From Dipteris shenzhenensis (Eukaryota), in the NCBI GenBank assembly GCA_047967505.1, contig CM106538.1: DNA of 64,000 bases; one strand, 5' to 3'. This document shows, in pieces, positions 40,235 through 52,667 of this stretch (within the stretch, counting starts at the first letter, position 1; every line of letters starts with the position of its first letter). The notes below the pieces were generated by a model, which did not search any database, had not been told where the DNA came from, and saw only the letters and a list, made by a program, of their open reading frames with translations. The translations under genes were made by a program, and so were the position numbers.

Positions 40235-43200
40235 TGTTACCCCCGCCCCCCGAAGCAACCACGTGTAATTGTTTGTCCTTTGTCCCTTTTTTTAAAACTA
40301 TGATTGCCAGAAACCCTTTCACTAAGTGCAGAAAACATCTTGATTGTGTCCCAATTCTAGAAGCCTAAGGAAGGCCTCTAATCTTGATTACGTGGCATGG
40401 TCTTAAATGCTTCCTGAAGTTCTTATGCCATTTGTGTGGGTAGCTTGGTACCTCTAGACATAGAAAAAGTTATAGAACATTAAGGGACTACACAACAGGA
40501 TAAGACAATACAAGACAACAGGGCGGAGCTCCATAATGTATGCAAGAGATAGAACCATGAACCTAAGTTCTGTGCTCTTCGAAGGTGAAGCATGACCAAA
40601 CAGCTAGTATAATTAGAACTCCAGAGGATTCCTCGTGAGATCTGGCTTCTCTACTCACCCTGTTCAAGCAATACTAAATCTCCTACCAGGTAATCCTCTT
40701 CTCCCTCAGGTCACACTACTTATAGCAAAAAGGTTTCTATACTTGCTCTCCACCAAAGTGAGCTCTCAACTACAATCTGTAGCTTGTCTTCTATCTAGTG
40801 TTCTCCTTATCATGTCATGTGCTGCTCACACCCTTCCTCTTCTCGACTCCTTGCAGATTTCCCCTTGTCATCCATGTCTCGCCTTTTTCCTCCACATGGT
40901 TGTAAATTCTCTCCCTCATAGACTACCATACGACTTTGGGCTGTTTTGTTGTTCTAGTTCAACTGGTACTTGCTACCATGGCTTTGAATGGACCTAACTT
41001 GGGTAGCACTAGTGGCTTCTAGATAGAGTATGGGAAATCCTCTCTTACAAACTTGAGCCTCTGCTATGGGTAATACTCTCTCTCTATCGTTAACATGGTC
41101 ATCAGAGCCTATGGTGCACACACTCCCTTCATGAGTGATAAGTCCTTGCTTGTCAAGGCCTCAAGCCCTCCTTACGAGGCAACCTCCATCTCCTAGCTTT
41201 TGAGATCTTTGTGAGGGTGTTCTTGAGAGTTTGAGAGGGTTATTTGTTGAGGCCTCTTCTTGAAGTGAGTTTGTACATAGATTTCTTTAGACTATAAAAT
41301 CTATCGTATTTGGAAGAATACTTCAACAAGCTACTCAACCACGGGACTCTTCAACAGTCTTCAGTGCATCTAAAGCGACAGCCACGACAAGCCACACAAA
41401 AACAACAACGCATGGAGGCAAAGTAGAACACAAGCGGTCAACAAGCACACATCCAACTATAGCATTCAACAACCACACAAGCATTCAACATAGAAGCATA
41501 GCCGCAAGACAAAACCTGCAGTTGATCGATACAGACAGGCAAAAGCAAGCACAACGACTCAGTCACACAGCAACGTCTAGCATGCCAAAGATGCAGATCT
41601 ACACGAACTAATACTACGGCGACGCCAAGAAAAGATACTCAGCATCAAGCAGCTGACAGCTACGACTCTGCAACAGGCAAGGAATGCAAACACCAGCAAA
41701 ATAGAAGCATAGCAAGCATCAAAGCACCGCATCGACGAGCGGTGGGCAAGCAGCAACATCAAGGCACAACGACAAGAGCAAGACTAGCCGCATAGCAATG
41801 CTTATAGCACTCAACGCAACAACAGCGACAAGCTCAACGGCAAACTACACTGACTCCATGCTAGAGTAAAGCAAAGACACTGATAGCATAGCAACGCAGC
41901 ACATCCACAACAAACAAGCTCAAATGACAGACGTCTCAGACATACATCAATGAAGGCATAGACAACCAAACGCAAGACATCAGCATTCAAACATTCCAAG
42001 AAGCCAACGGGCTTCAGAGAAAATAAACATTCCATTCTGCATTGTCCGCCTTGCCATCGATGTTCTTTCTGCACAAAACCTCTAGAAATCTTCTCTCTCT
42101 AGTGTCTCTCTAAGCAATAAGCTCGTACCCTGGGCTTAGGTGAAGTTGACCTTGGGTTTCGTCATTTGGCCACATATTTGCCACGTCACCAGGGTATACT
42201 AGCCATGGTTACATTTGACTTAACCTCACTTGCCACATCATCTGATCTCATCAAATCTCCACATCATCAGTTGCCACCTCTACTAGCCACATCACCTCTC
42301 CATGTGGTAGTGCCACCTCATCTGCCTGCCACCTCACAGTGCTACCTCAGCATCAGTGCTTCATAAGCACACTGTGCTCCAGGACATGCACACTATATTC
42401 ATATCATCAATGCTCAAGAACTTGAACACATCATTGCTTAGGGTGTCAAAAGGTTGGAAGAATGTTCAAGCTTTCTTCTATCATTATGATCCAAAGAGCC
42501 TTAGCAACTAAGTCAAGCTACTTATTTGAGCACATTGTGGCATAAGAGGTATGGTCATCTCAACTTCAGAAGCCTTGTATGCCTCAAGAAGATGAACATG
42601 GTACAGGGGCTTTCATTGGTGTACTTGTATGTGGATGGGTAAGCAACAAGGACAACCCTTTTGAATACCTTAAGTCTCAAAGAACAGAGTCCTTCATATC
42701 GTGCCTTCTAATCTATGGGGTTTAACTTTACAGAGTCTCTTGGCAAGGCTTTGTACTTCATCACCTGCAAAGATGGGTACTCGTGGAAGACTTGGATACA
42801 CTTCCTGAAAACAGAAGTTTGATGCACTCAATATCTTTAAAGACGTCAAAGACTTGGTAGAAAATAGACTGGCAAGTACATATAGATTCTCCATTGTGAC
42901 AATGGAGGTGAAAACAAGTCCACAGATTTCAATGCCTTTTGAAGGCATCATGGCATCAAACGTCAGTCCACATGCAGACAGACCCCTGAGCAACATGGAG
43001 TCTCTTAGTGCAAGGACAAGGTGATTGCAGATGCATGCTCAATGAGAAGAAGTTATAAGACAATACTAGGCTGAAGCATGTGACACAGCTGTGTACTTGA
43101 TGAGCAGAAGCCCCAGTGCTTTGTGGCAGAACATGACAGTAGAAGAGACAATCACAGGAACTAAGCCCTCTGTTAACAACTTGAGAGTATTTGGCTCTCT

Positions 43201-43298
43201 TTCTTATGCCCATATTCCTGATGCACTCAAGGAATAAACTTGATATCAAGTCAATCAAGTGCATATTTCTAGGATATGGTACAGAATCGAAGGCATAC
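40235..43298 (+). mobile_element. Truncated Copia-derived element: LTR, PBS, CAA-rich region, integrase remnant
   Basis: Candidate LTR 40235-41095 (TGTTA...TAACA); PBS-like TGGTCATCAGAGC 41096-41108; LWHKRYGHLNFRSL near 42535-42577; KSIKCIFLGYGTESKAY near 43248-43298. LTR start uncertain. Confidence 0.65.
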
Positions 43299-43760
43299 TG
43301 TTAGAATATGAAGCCAAGTTGAGTCACTTTGGTGTGTTCTAGTGTGTTCTAGTGTGAGTTCTAGTCTAGTGTGTCCTATGAATGCCACGTATCACATTGG
43401 GAGCTATCCCATATGCATAGGTGTTCATATGTGTGTGTATGCTCTTATATAAGAGCTTTACTTGTCAGTGTCAAAAAAATCAAGTATCAAGCAACAAGCT
43501 CTTTGGTCTACATGTGAGTACTTTCATTTTGATTCATTGCTTAGACATTTCATTTCCAGTTCATTATGTCTCTCTTTGAGTATCACTATCTCTCTCCCTA
43601 GCCTACCCTCTCTCTCTCCCTTCTCCACCATGTGCCTTCATGTGGTATCAAAGCCTCGTTTTCACTTTCCCCTTCTTCTCACTCTACCTAGAGGATGAGA
43701 GCCCGCAAATGGAAGCTCTCCTCTCCTCAAAGGTAGAGCTCCCTTCCAACCCTTAGCCTC
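43299..43760 (+). mobile_element. 5' LTR plus PBS of a truncated TR-GAG-family element
   Basis: LTR 43299-43640 (TGTTAGAATATGAAG...CCTTCA), related to the 44363/46678 LTRs; PBS TGGTATCAAAGCC 43643-43655. Confidence 0.75.
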
Positions 43761-44362
43761 ACCTTGGGTAGATGATTTGGAGCTGATCTACCTCGCCACC
43801 ATCAACTACCCCTTCTTCAGTCCGAAATGCCTCGCCAATGGCCTCTTCTTTTGTCTCGCCATCAGCCGCCTTAGTAGCCTTGCCTCCAGCCACTTCAGTG
43901 ACCTGCAAACAGGCCGTGGAAAAAGACCATTGCGACCCACTTTCCCATTTGAGAGAGAGGATTTGGAGGTGATACACAAGTACTTGGGCCTAGAATTCAC
44001 AGATAACTACGAGTGGAACCTGTGTGTGGAGAAAAGATCCTAGGGTCGGGAGGTTTTTGTTGTGTTTCATTAAACCATTCCCCCAAGGCGAAACCTCTAA
44101 GGTTTGGTCGACATCACAACTATTGAATGAAGGCACTTTTCAACCTACAATGCGAATGTAAAAGTACCACATCTGGAATTGGGAAATGCAAAAATCTTAT
44201 ACACTTCACTAGTCCAGACCAAAATTCTTTATGGATACCAAGCCTAGGCTCCATGGCTCACCAGAGACTCATGGAAAAGAGTGCAAAAAAGGTGTTTAAT
44301 CGAAGAATTGGGAATCAAGTTTCAAACTCCCTACGCCATCTTACTATATGAAATGGGCTTCC

Positions 44363-47001
44363 TGAAGCAACATGGTGGAGAGGGAGAGAGAAGATAATAC
44401 TCAAATGGAAACATAATGAAAGTGAAAGGAAATGGAAATGAGCAATATACCAAAATGGAAAGACTCACATTGATAAAGCTTGATGAAGACTCCTTGATGT
44501 GTGTAGATGTGACACACAAGTACAATCATATATAGGATAGACACGCTAGAATAGCAAAGTGTATATGGGATATCTCCCAATATGACACGTGGCACTCACA
44601 CATAAGACTCTACTAGAACTCCTAGTAGAACATACTAAAACACAATCAACTTGACTTCATGTTCTAACACCCCCCCATGAAGGAAAGGTGAGGGACTACT
44701 TGATGGAACCAAGAACTAAACATGACAATGACGGACTACTAATCTGTGCACCCCAAGTAACTCAGAACTAAAGTCTGAGCATGTTCAGAGGCTGATCCAA
44801 GCACTCTCATGGCCTAACACTCAACATGACTCAGAGGCTCATGTCTTAGCATGGCTACATGACCAGCTCATAGGTCTAGGAATACACCAACATCCTGGAA
44901 CTCGGCCAGGCCTGATAAAGAGACCCTATCAAAGCCAATAACACACCATGGATAGCAAAACATCACTTTAGGAGGACTATCCAAGGCTAAGAATCTTTAT
45001 TGACTCAAAGAGATTATTGCATTCAATTTTTAGGGGACCGCCTAGGGCAGAGTACCCATATACATCAAGCTCATGGACATATTTTAGAAGACATATTCAT
45101 CATCCTCATCTACCTCCTGAGGGAAGGATAGATTTCAGAGATGAGCAGTGAGAGAAAAAGTTGGTGTCGAAGTGTCATCTTCTTCTTCTTCACTAGTGGC
45201 AGTTGCAGCCAAGTTAGCATGCTCCTTGGATTGTTGTTTGGCAAGCTTCTGAAAACAATGGTCCTCTGTGTGGCCAAGCTTCTTACAGTACGTACATTTG
45301 AAAGGTTTGAACGGCTTTTTACCCTTGGAATATAATGCCTACTCCTTATGGACATCTTTGTGCCTTCGTTTATGATCGAGAAGCATTGCAACCATTTCAT
45401 CAAGTATATATCCCGTGCTACTCGAAGCATTGGTATGATATCACGAAACTGAGGAATATCCTCAATGCTGGAAAAGAGGACAGCCACCTGATCATCTTTC
45501 CCAACAGGGGCCTTCAAAGCAACAAGTCGGGTGATGAGGGATTCCATATCATTCAAATGAGCATTAAGAGAATCTTCATGCTTCATTGGTACTTAAAGAA
45601 AGAATTCTTGTCTGAGAAAAACTTTGGAATTGATAATTTTGTTGCCAAATAAGCGCTCTAGCTTGTCCCACAATTCATGTGCAGTGTCATCAAAATCCAA
45701 GTGATGAATAACGTCATTAGACAAACCCAAACCAATGATAGAAATACCTTTTTCATTGAGAGTTTCCCACGCTACAATTTTCTTATCATCAGATTCAAGT
45801 TTCTTTTCTTTGCCACTAACCACCTTCCACACACCTTCCTTCATAAGCAGAAGCCTCAGCTTGGTTTGCCAAGTTAGAAAGTTCTTACCAAAAAACTTTT
45901 CAATGACAATTCCCGCTTTGGAATACTCCATGTCTGCTTCAAATATTGCTGCAATACAGGCTGAAGTGCAAGTTCGGAGCAAAGGCTAGAATAATCTGGG
46001 CCGTAGCATCAGCTTAGCTTGGAGTCGGGGCAGTAAATGGCCAAGAAAAGACATCGGACCAGCTGGAATAGCGTAGGTAGCATCTCATGTTGCAGTCGGG
46101 GCAGATGGTGGCATTCTTGAGGCGTGAATAGCAGCAGCAGCAGCACTCTTCAAGTAGGTCATTTCTGGGCTCCAAATAAGGTCATTTTTAGGGTAACTAG
46201 TAGTAGGAATGTCTCCACAATAGTAAGCAACTATTTCTTTCACCTAAACGTCCCAAAAACAGCAAAAACGAGCTGTCTTTCAACAAAAAACGGGCTGCTT
46301 CTGAGCAAAAACAAGATGTCTTTTCCTCTACGAAGATGCCCACTAATGCCCACGAGAATGGTGACCAAGTTGCTCCAAATCTAAGCAAAAATCTGCAGCG
46401 AATTTGAGGCTGATAGTCGCAGCAGGAATCCACAGCAAATCATGTAGCAGCTCCACGAAAACAGCTCCAAAGTCGATGTAGATCAGCAGCTCATGGAGAG
46501 GCTAAGGGTGAAGGAAGAAGGACTACCTTCCAAGAGGAAAGAGGGAGAGTAGCTCCTCTTTTTGGGCCTCCCTTACCTCAATCCCTTGGAAGAGCAAGGA
46601 GCAAGAGGGAAAAGACTAGGAGAAGAATAGATGGGGGAAGAAATAAAGTGAGGAGGGATGATGGCTCTGATACCACATGAAGGAACATGGTGGAGAGGGA
46701 GAGGGATAGAGAGAGGGTAGGCTAGGGAGAGAGAAGATAATACTTAAATGGAAACATAATGAAAGTGAAAGAAAATGGAAACCAAAATGAAAAGACTCAC
46801 ATTGATAAAGCTTGATGTAGACTCCTTGATGTGTATAGATGTGACACACAAGTTACAATCATATATAGGATAGACACACACTAGAATACCAAAGTGTATA
46901 TGGGATATCTCCTATGACACATGGCACTCACACATAATACTCTACTAGAACTCCTAGTAGAACACACTAAAACACATTCAACTTGACTTCATGTTCTAAC
47001 A
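44363..47001 (-). mobile_element. Complete gag-only LTR retrotransposon (TR-GAG-like)
   Basis: LTRs 44363-44669 and 46678-47001; PBS TGGTATCAGAGCC 46663-46675; PPT at 44670; frameshifted Copia gag 45084-45930 (IEKFFGKNFLTWQTKLRLLLMKEGVW...); TSD imperfect (CTTCC/CATGC). Confidence 0.9.
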
Positions 47002-47461
47002 CATGCTACCACTAGAAAGGGAAGTCGTATGCCAACTCATCTGATATCTCAATATAGTAGCAAAAATGCACAAAGAAAAGCTCCCCCCCCAAAGCCAAGG
47101 AAGCAACCAAACACAAGGGCTTAAACAAAACAAGAATAGAGTGGCCGGGATATTGGGTGATCGATGCAGCAATACTCTCGGACACTGACATGGACATTAG
47201 AGAGTTGAATAACTGAAAAAATCATCGGCAAACTATGGCAAGGTCCAAAGAGAAGATGGCCTTCTACAAAAGAGAAATCAATCCAACGCTGCCCTATTGG
47301 GGACAAGATTATCTCAATGAGAACATATCTCTCTTTAAGAGGAAACTAATAAGCCAGCTATGAATGAGCTCCCACGAACTCCAAGTAGAGACTGGTAGAT
47401 GAAAAAATGTGCCACAAGAGAATTGGATTTGTAGCCTATGTCCATCATGGGACATAGAGGA

Positions 47462-49889
47462 TGTTAGGAAATGGAGTCAATTTGAGTGACTTTTAGTGTG
47501 TTTCTATTGAGTTCTAGAGTAGTACTATACTACTTTATATCCTAGAGTGCCATGTCACATGTGTCACTATGGGACTTATCATATATAGTGTGTGTGCCTA
47601 TCCTATAAAGGCATTGTACTTTCTCATGTCAAATCAATAAAACCTCAATCCTTTCTTGGTCATGTAGTACTTTTCTTTGGTTGTACATTTCTTTCTAGCA
47701 TTCATTCATTTCTTTATGTTTGCCTAGTCATGCTTTCCTACTTTCCTTCCCATTGCATGTCTTGCATCTTCATATGGTATCAGAGCTAGGCTAACTTCCA
47801 AGAGGTTGAGGACATTGAAGCCTCTCTCCCTCATTCCCCTTGGATGGCTGCTTTCTCTATTCCACTTTAAGCTCAACTCCTTCACCACCCGAGCCTCACC
47901 AACAATGGCTTCATCAAGCAAAGAAGGTGACTGTCCAGTTCGTGATGACTGAAGCTCATGCTGCTCCATTGCCTCTACTCAGCCTGCTGCATTCCCCTCT
48001 GTTCTGCCCGCCATCTACCTGCCATTCTCTGCCATGTGATCTGCTCACCATTCTACCACCTCTTTGCCCGCCATTGCACCAGCAGTAACTCCGTCTACTG
48101 TCATCATCATCCGTTCTATAGCAGCAAACATTCAAGCTCTTCTAGCTGTATTATAGAGCTACCCGCCATTCACAAGCTTGTATATTCATAATGGGTTCAC
48201 TATCTGCAAGTTCCTTGCTAGTGGACAAGTTCACGGGGGAAGGATTCCCCACATGGCAAATGAAGGTCCAACTCCTTCTCATGAAGGAGAATGTTTGGGA
48301 TGCCATTGAAGATGATGAAGATATTACTACATCAACGGAGTCTCCAACACACAAAATTTGAAAGCAACACAACTCGAGAACCATCACAATCATCGGGCTT
48401 TGCCTAGATGATTCTTTGATTCATCACATCAACTTCAAGTCAATGGCCAAGGAGATTTAGGCACGCCTCAAGAATATATTTGGTAATAAAATCACCTACT
48501 CCAAGGTTTTTTTTAAAATGCAATTTTATAAGTTGAAAATGGAAGAGTGCGATACCTTGAGTGCACATATAGCAAAAATTCAATCTTTAGTTCAACAACT
48601 CTCCAACTTGAAGTGTCCCCCGGATGACGAGGACAAAATGGCTGTCCTCATGACGAGTATGGAAGGGATCTCTCGCTTTGAGAATGCCCTTGAGGTACTT
48701 CGAATTGCATCGACTACCTTCGAAGATATGGTGTCTCTTCTTCTTGAAAAGGATCGCCGCAACAAAGAATCTCCATCCTACTCATCGGATACTACACAGG
48801 CTCTTGGCTCCACTAGCAAATGGAGACCTAGGCCATCGCCTCCACCAACACGAGGAAAGACATTCAAACCGTTCAAGTGCACATATTGCAACAAGCTTGG
48901 TCATACGGAGGACAAGTGCTACGAGAAGCTTGCCCAGCAACAATCGAAGGATCATGCCAGTTGGGTGGCATCCACCACCACTAGTGATGATGCAGACAAA
49001 GATGACCATCCGACACAGAATCATGCTCTCACTACTCAAATCCGACATGTCTACCTCCAACATCTAGAGGATGATGGAGATGATGATTCATTTGCTTTTT
49101 GAGCATGATGTGTTTGGGTACTCTACCCTAGGGGTATTTCCCAAAAATGAATGCAATAAATCAAGTGTGTTGAGTCAATAAAGGTACTCTGCCCTGGATA
49201 GTCCTCCCAAAATGATGTATTTCTTTTCTATTTTTGGTATGTGGCTCTATGTTCCTCATTAGTCTTTGGAGCCAGGGGGGGATGTACTGTGGGAGTCATA
49301 TGTTTTGGCTTTGATAGATCTATTTGTTGGTGCATTGGTCTCCTAGACCTATGAGTTGATCATGTATCCATGCATGATGAGCCTCTGAGCCATGCTAGAT
49401 GAGCTTTCTACGTTATGCTCACTAGCCTCTGAGCCATGCTCACTTGCCTCTGAGATTGTGTGGGAACCATGTCTAGTTCTAGACCGGCATGCACAGTTTT
49501 CATGACCGTCATTATCATGACTTTGGTTCCATTCCTGTAGTCCCTCACCTTCCCTCCATAGGGGGGCGTTAGGAAATGGAGTCAATTTGAGTGACTTTTA
49601 GTGTGTTTCTATTGAGTTCTAGTGTAGTACTATACTAGTTTATATCCTAGAGTGTCACGTGTCACTATGGGACTTATCCCATATACATTTGACACTTAAG
49701 AGTGTGTGTGTGCCTATCCTATAAAGGCATTGTACTTTCTCATGTCAAATCAATCAAGCCTCAATCCTTTCTTGGTCATGGGAGTACTTTTCTTTGGTTG
49801 TACATTTCTTTCTAGCATTCATTCATTTCTTTATGTTTGCCTAGTCATGCTTTTCTACTTTCCTTTCCATTCCATGTCTTGCATCTTCA
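47462..49889 (+). mobile_element. Complete gag-only LTR retrotransposon (TR-GAG-like)
   Basis: LTRs 47462-47772 and 49567-49889; TSD GAGGA/AAGGA; PBS TGGTATCAGAGC 47775-47786; PPT AGGGGGG before 49567; gag about 48191-49102 with internal stops and knuckle CTYCNKLGHTEDKC; no pol. Confidence 0.92.
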
Positions 49890-50215
49890 AAGGACGAATG
49901 CCACACACTCCTCACTTGTCAACCCTATTCATCACATCAGGGAGAAGTATAAAATAAAGATGTCCACACACATAAACTTGCACATTCTCTGCAACCAGCC
50001 ACCAAAGAGGATAGGAGATGACATCAAGCAGATATTGGCACATCGCGATAAAGCCTTGGACCAAGCACACATGCTTGCAAGCATGCTCTAGGAGGCAAAC
50101 ACATGAACTATTGTAGTTGACAGCTATTTTTAGGGCTGCAACATGCAATTTTTTCATGGAGGCACCTTTGTCCTATAGATCCAATTGGATCTTCAATGAA
50201 CATTAATGATATCGT

Positions 50216-50269
<54 letters not shown>

Positions 50270-51010
50270 GCTCTCACTAACAAGTTGTGCTTGGCTGTAC
50301 ATAGTTGGTGGGCGCACAGTGTAGGCAATCCATGTGTGTAACATGCATCAAATCTTTGGTTTGTGAGAAGTAAATATCCTTAATGAAGTCCAATAGTCCG
50401 GACTCCGATTATTAGCTCCATATTGTCCAGATCCTATAGCAGGTGAAATGAAGTGTGTTTGAATTTATTGATTTTAACACTGGTGTTTCAAAATATTTCT
50501 TCTCCTATGCTAATGTAAATGTTATACTATGGACAGTCACATTTTTGTTTGCTTAAGGGATCACATTTTTTATAAAAGAAATTAGTGCTGCCTAAACAGC
50601 CATATAGTATCATAGATAGTTCCTCTTGTGTTCCTTCTGAAAATCTTCAGGTTGAAATGTATGATATGGCTCAGACAATCTTCAGCGGACTGAGACATTG
50701 TATGAGAACTCCTATAGACATCTGAAATTTATCACTCAAAACTATAGATGGGTGGTAATTGCAGCACATACAAGGGATATCCTCTTTATGAGGTTCTATA
50801 TTGCTAAAATATTGCATTTATATTGATGCACAAATTTTATTTATTTTTGCTCCATGATAACTGACCAGTCTACCAGAAGGATATAAATCATGTTCGCCTG
50901 CATGGAAGTTTGGATCAGGTTCACGTCATGACTGCTAAACAATGTTAACCCATAGTCTCATTTAAATTTATTTATATTCTAATTCAGCTGATGTTTGCTT
51001 AAATGAACAG

Positions 51011-51052
51011 GTTTTGTGCAGGAGGGGAGTTATTAGATCACATTATTGCGAG
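51011..51052 (+). CDS. CRK: CDPK-related kinase exon 3 (42 nt)
   Basis: AACAG|G TTT TGT GCA GGA GGG GAG TTA TTA GAT...; (E)FCAGGELLDHIIA(R); donor AG|GTAAA. Confidence 0.92.
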
Positions 51053-51175
51053 GTAAATTAAAGTTTGCTTGTAGACTAAAGAAACAAAATAGGTTTGATT
51101 CTTTTGGAGATCCAATTTTACTGTCCTTCATTTGGTTTTAATTGAAGTTTCAAAAATTTGCCCTTTTCTTGGCAG

Positions 51176-51284
51176 GGGAGGTAAGTATGAAGCGGAGGAT
51201 GCAAAAGCAATAGTCATGCAGATGTTGAAAGCAGTCTCCTTTATTCATTTACAAGGAGTTGTTCACCGTGACTTGAAGCCAGAG
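51176..51284 (+). CDS. CRK: CDPK-related kinase exon 4 (catalytic loop)
   Basis: [42 protein letters not shown]; donor GAG|GTATG. Confidence 0.95.
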
Positions 51285-51661
51285 GTATGTGCTTCTGTTG
51301 AACCTTGTGATATGATGCTTGCATTCGCATCATGAACTTCCAAGTCACCTTTCACAACATGACACCTCAATGTGTTACCGATTCTTGTTTACTTCTTATC
51401 ATGAGTGATTAAATCTTATAAATATCAATGGATTCTCTAAACAGCCTATACAATTTAATCTTCAGAAATTTGCATGCTTTGTACCTTGGGAAGGTGCAAC
51501 ATATATACACACAACTCTAGAATAGTAGGGTTGTACACAACTCTGGAATAGTGGTTCTTTCATACCAGGGTTGGGGCAGGGTTGCTTTCTTATTGGATGT
51601 ACACTCATATTAGCACACTTTTCTAAGTTCAATATTTAAGACAGCACATCTTTGTTGACAG

Positions 51662-51740
51662 AATTTCCTTTTCAGCACCCAGGATGAAGGTTCTCTTATA
51701 AAAGCAATAGATTTTGGCCTGTCAGATTTTGTTAAACCAG
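51662..51740 (+). CDS. CRK: CDPK-related kinase exon 5 (DFG)
   Basis: GACAG|AAT; NFLFSTQDEGSLIKAIDFGLSDFVKP; donor G|GTATG. Confidence 0.95.
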
Positions 51741-52038
51741 GTATGATTTTTGAACTTTCATGTTCAAAATACTTTTTGAGACGAGTACACTGTCTAGGAT
51801 GTTTTTGTTCTTTTTTAACTCTTTCAGCACCCAAAATATCTTAGAATCATAATTAAATGATTACTGGAATCTGGACACAGTTCTTACAGTGTCCAATATT
51901 CCAGCCAGACTGATAATATTTACTGTCCAGCTATTTTCAGCTTACTAAAACTGTGAAAAGGCTCAAAAACCACACGTAAGTTATCAGACAGAAAGACTGA
52001 CTTGATAAATGGGATCTTGACTATTATGTGAAGTGCAG

Positions 52039-52335
52039 ATGGGAAACTGAATGATATTGTCGGAAGTGCATATTATGTTGCACCGGAAGTTCTCCAGAAA
52101 TCATATGGTACAGAAGCAGACATTTGGAGCATAGGTGTAATTGTTTATATCCTTCTCAGTGGCAGCCGTCCATTCTGGGCACGCACGGAATCTGGAATAT
52201 TTCGTGAAGTCAAGCAAGCAGAGCCAAGTTACGATGAGATACCATGGCCATCTATTTCTCCAGAGGCAAAAGATTTTGTTAAGAAATTGCTGTGCAAAGA
52301 CCCACGCAAAAGATGGACGGCTGCTCAAGCCTTAA
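52039..52335 (+). CDS. CRK: CDPK-related kinase exon 6 (activation segment to subdomain XI)
   Basis: [25 protein letters not shown]...[15 protein letters not shown]...RWTAAQAL; donor A|GTGAG. Confidence 0.95.
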
Positions 52336-52440
52336 GTGAGAATCCGTTTCCTTTTTATATTGTTTCCTCCAATGTCATTCCAAATTCTCAGATTTGCTTA
52401 TACACCACATTTACAATTAACTGAGAAAATACATTTGCAG

Positions 52441-52547
52441 CTCATCCATGGCTTCGCGGAAAGCAGAAAATCCCACTGGACATGCTGACATTTAAACAAG
52501 TGAAGTCATACCTTGAAAGTTCATCACTAAGGCGGTCAGCACTAAAG
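52441..52547 (+). CDS. CRK: CDPK-related kinase exon 7 (junction region)
   Basis: TGCAG|CT; HPWLRGKQKIPLDMLTFKQVKSYLESSSLRRSALK; donor AAG|GTAAT. Confidence 0.93.
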
Positions 52548-52667
52548 GTAATCAGGCTATTTGATTTCAGAGGATGCCTTCTAATTTGTCTTTTGAGATT
52601 GAATGCCGCAGCTACATGCTCTTCCATGTCCTTAATGCGACATAAAATACTATTTCTTCCCCATGTG

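Larger units (their letters stand above)
43950..50265 (+). mobile_element. RTE-X-like LINE 3' half interrupted by two gag-only LTR elements; (TC)n tail
   Basis: KYLGLEF; TPYAILLYEMG|xLPLE across the first insertion; ICSLCPSWDIE|DECHTLLTC across the second; 3' motif at 50173-50210 and (TC)n 50219-50265. Confidence 0.75.
14277..52547 (+). other. CRK: CDPK-related kinase gene span (exons 1-7; 3' exons not found in window)
   Basis: Seven phase-compatible GT-AG exons giving 388 codons: MGQCCS N-terminus, [37 protein letters not shown] (CRK-type signature). Confidence 0.93.

Noticed and set aside
14676-51010. Antisense orientation bias of intronic TEs
   Set aside because: Intron 1 is mostly antisense but intron 2 mostly sense; too few independent insertions.
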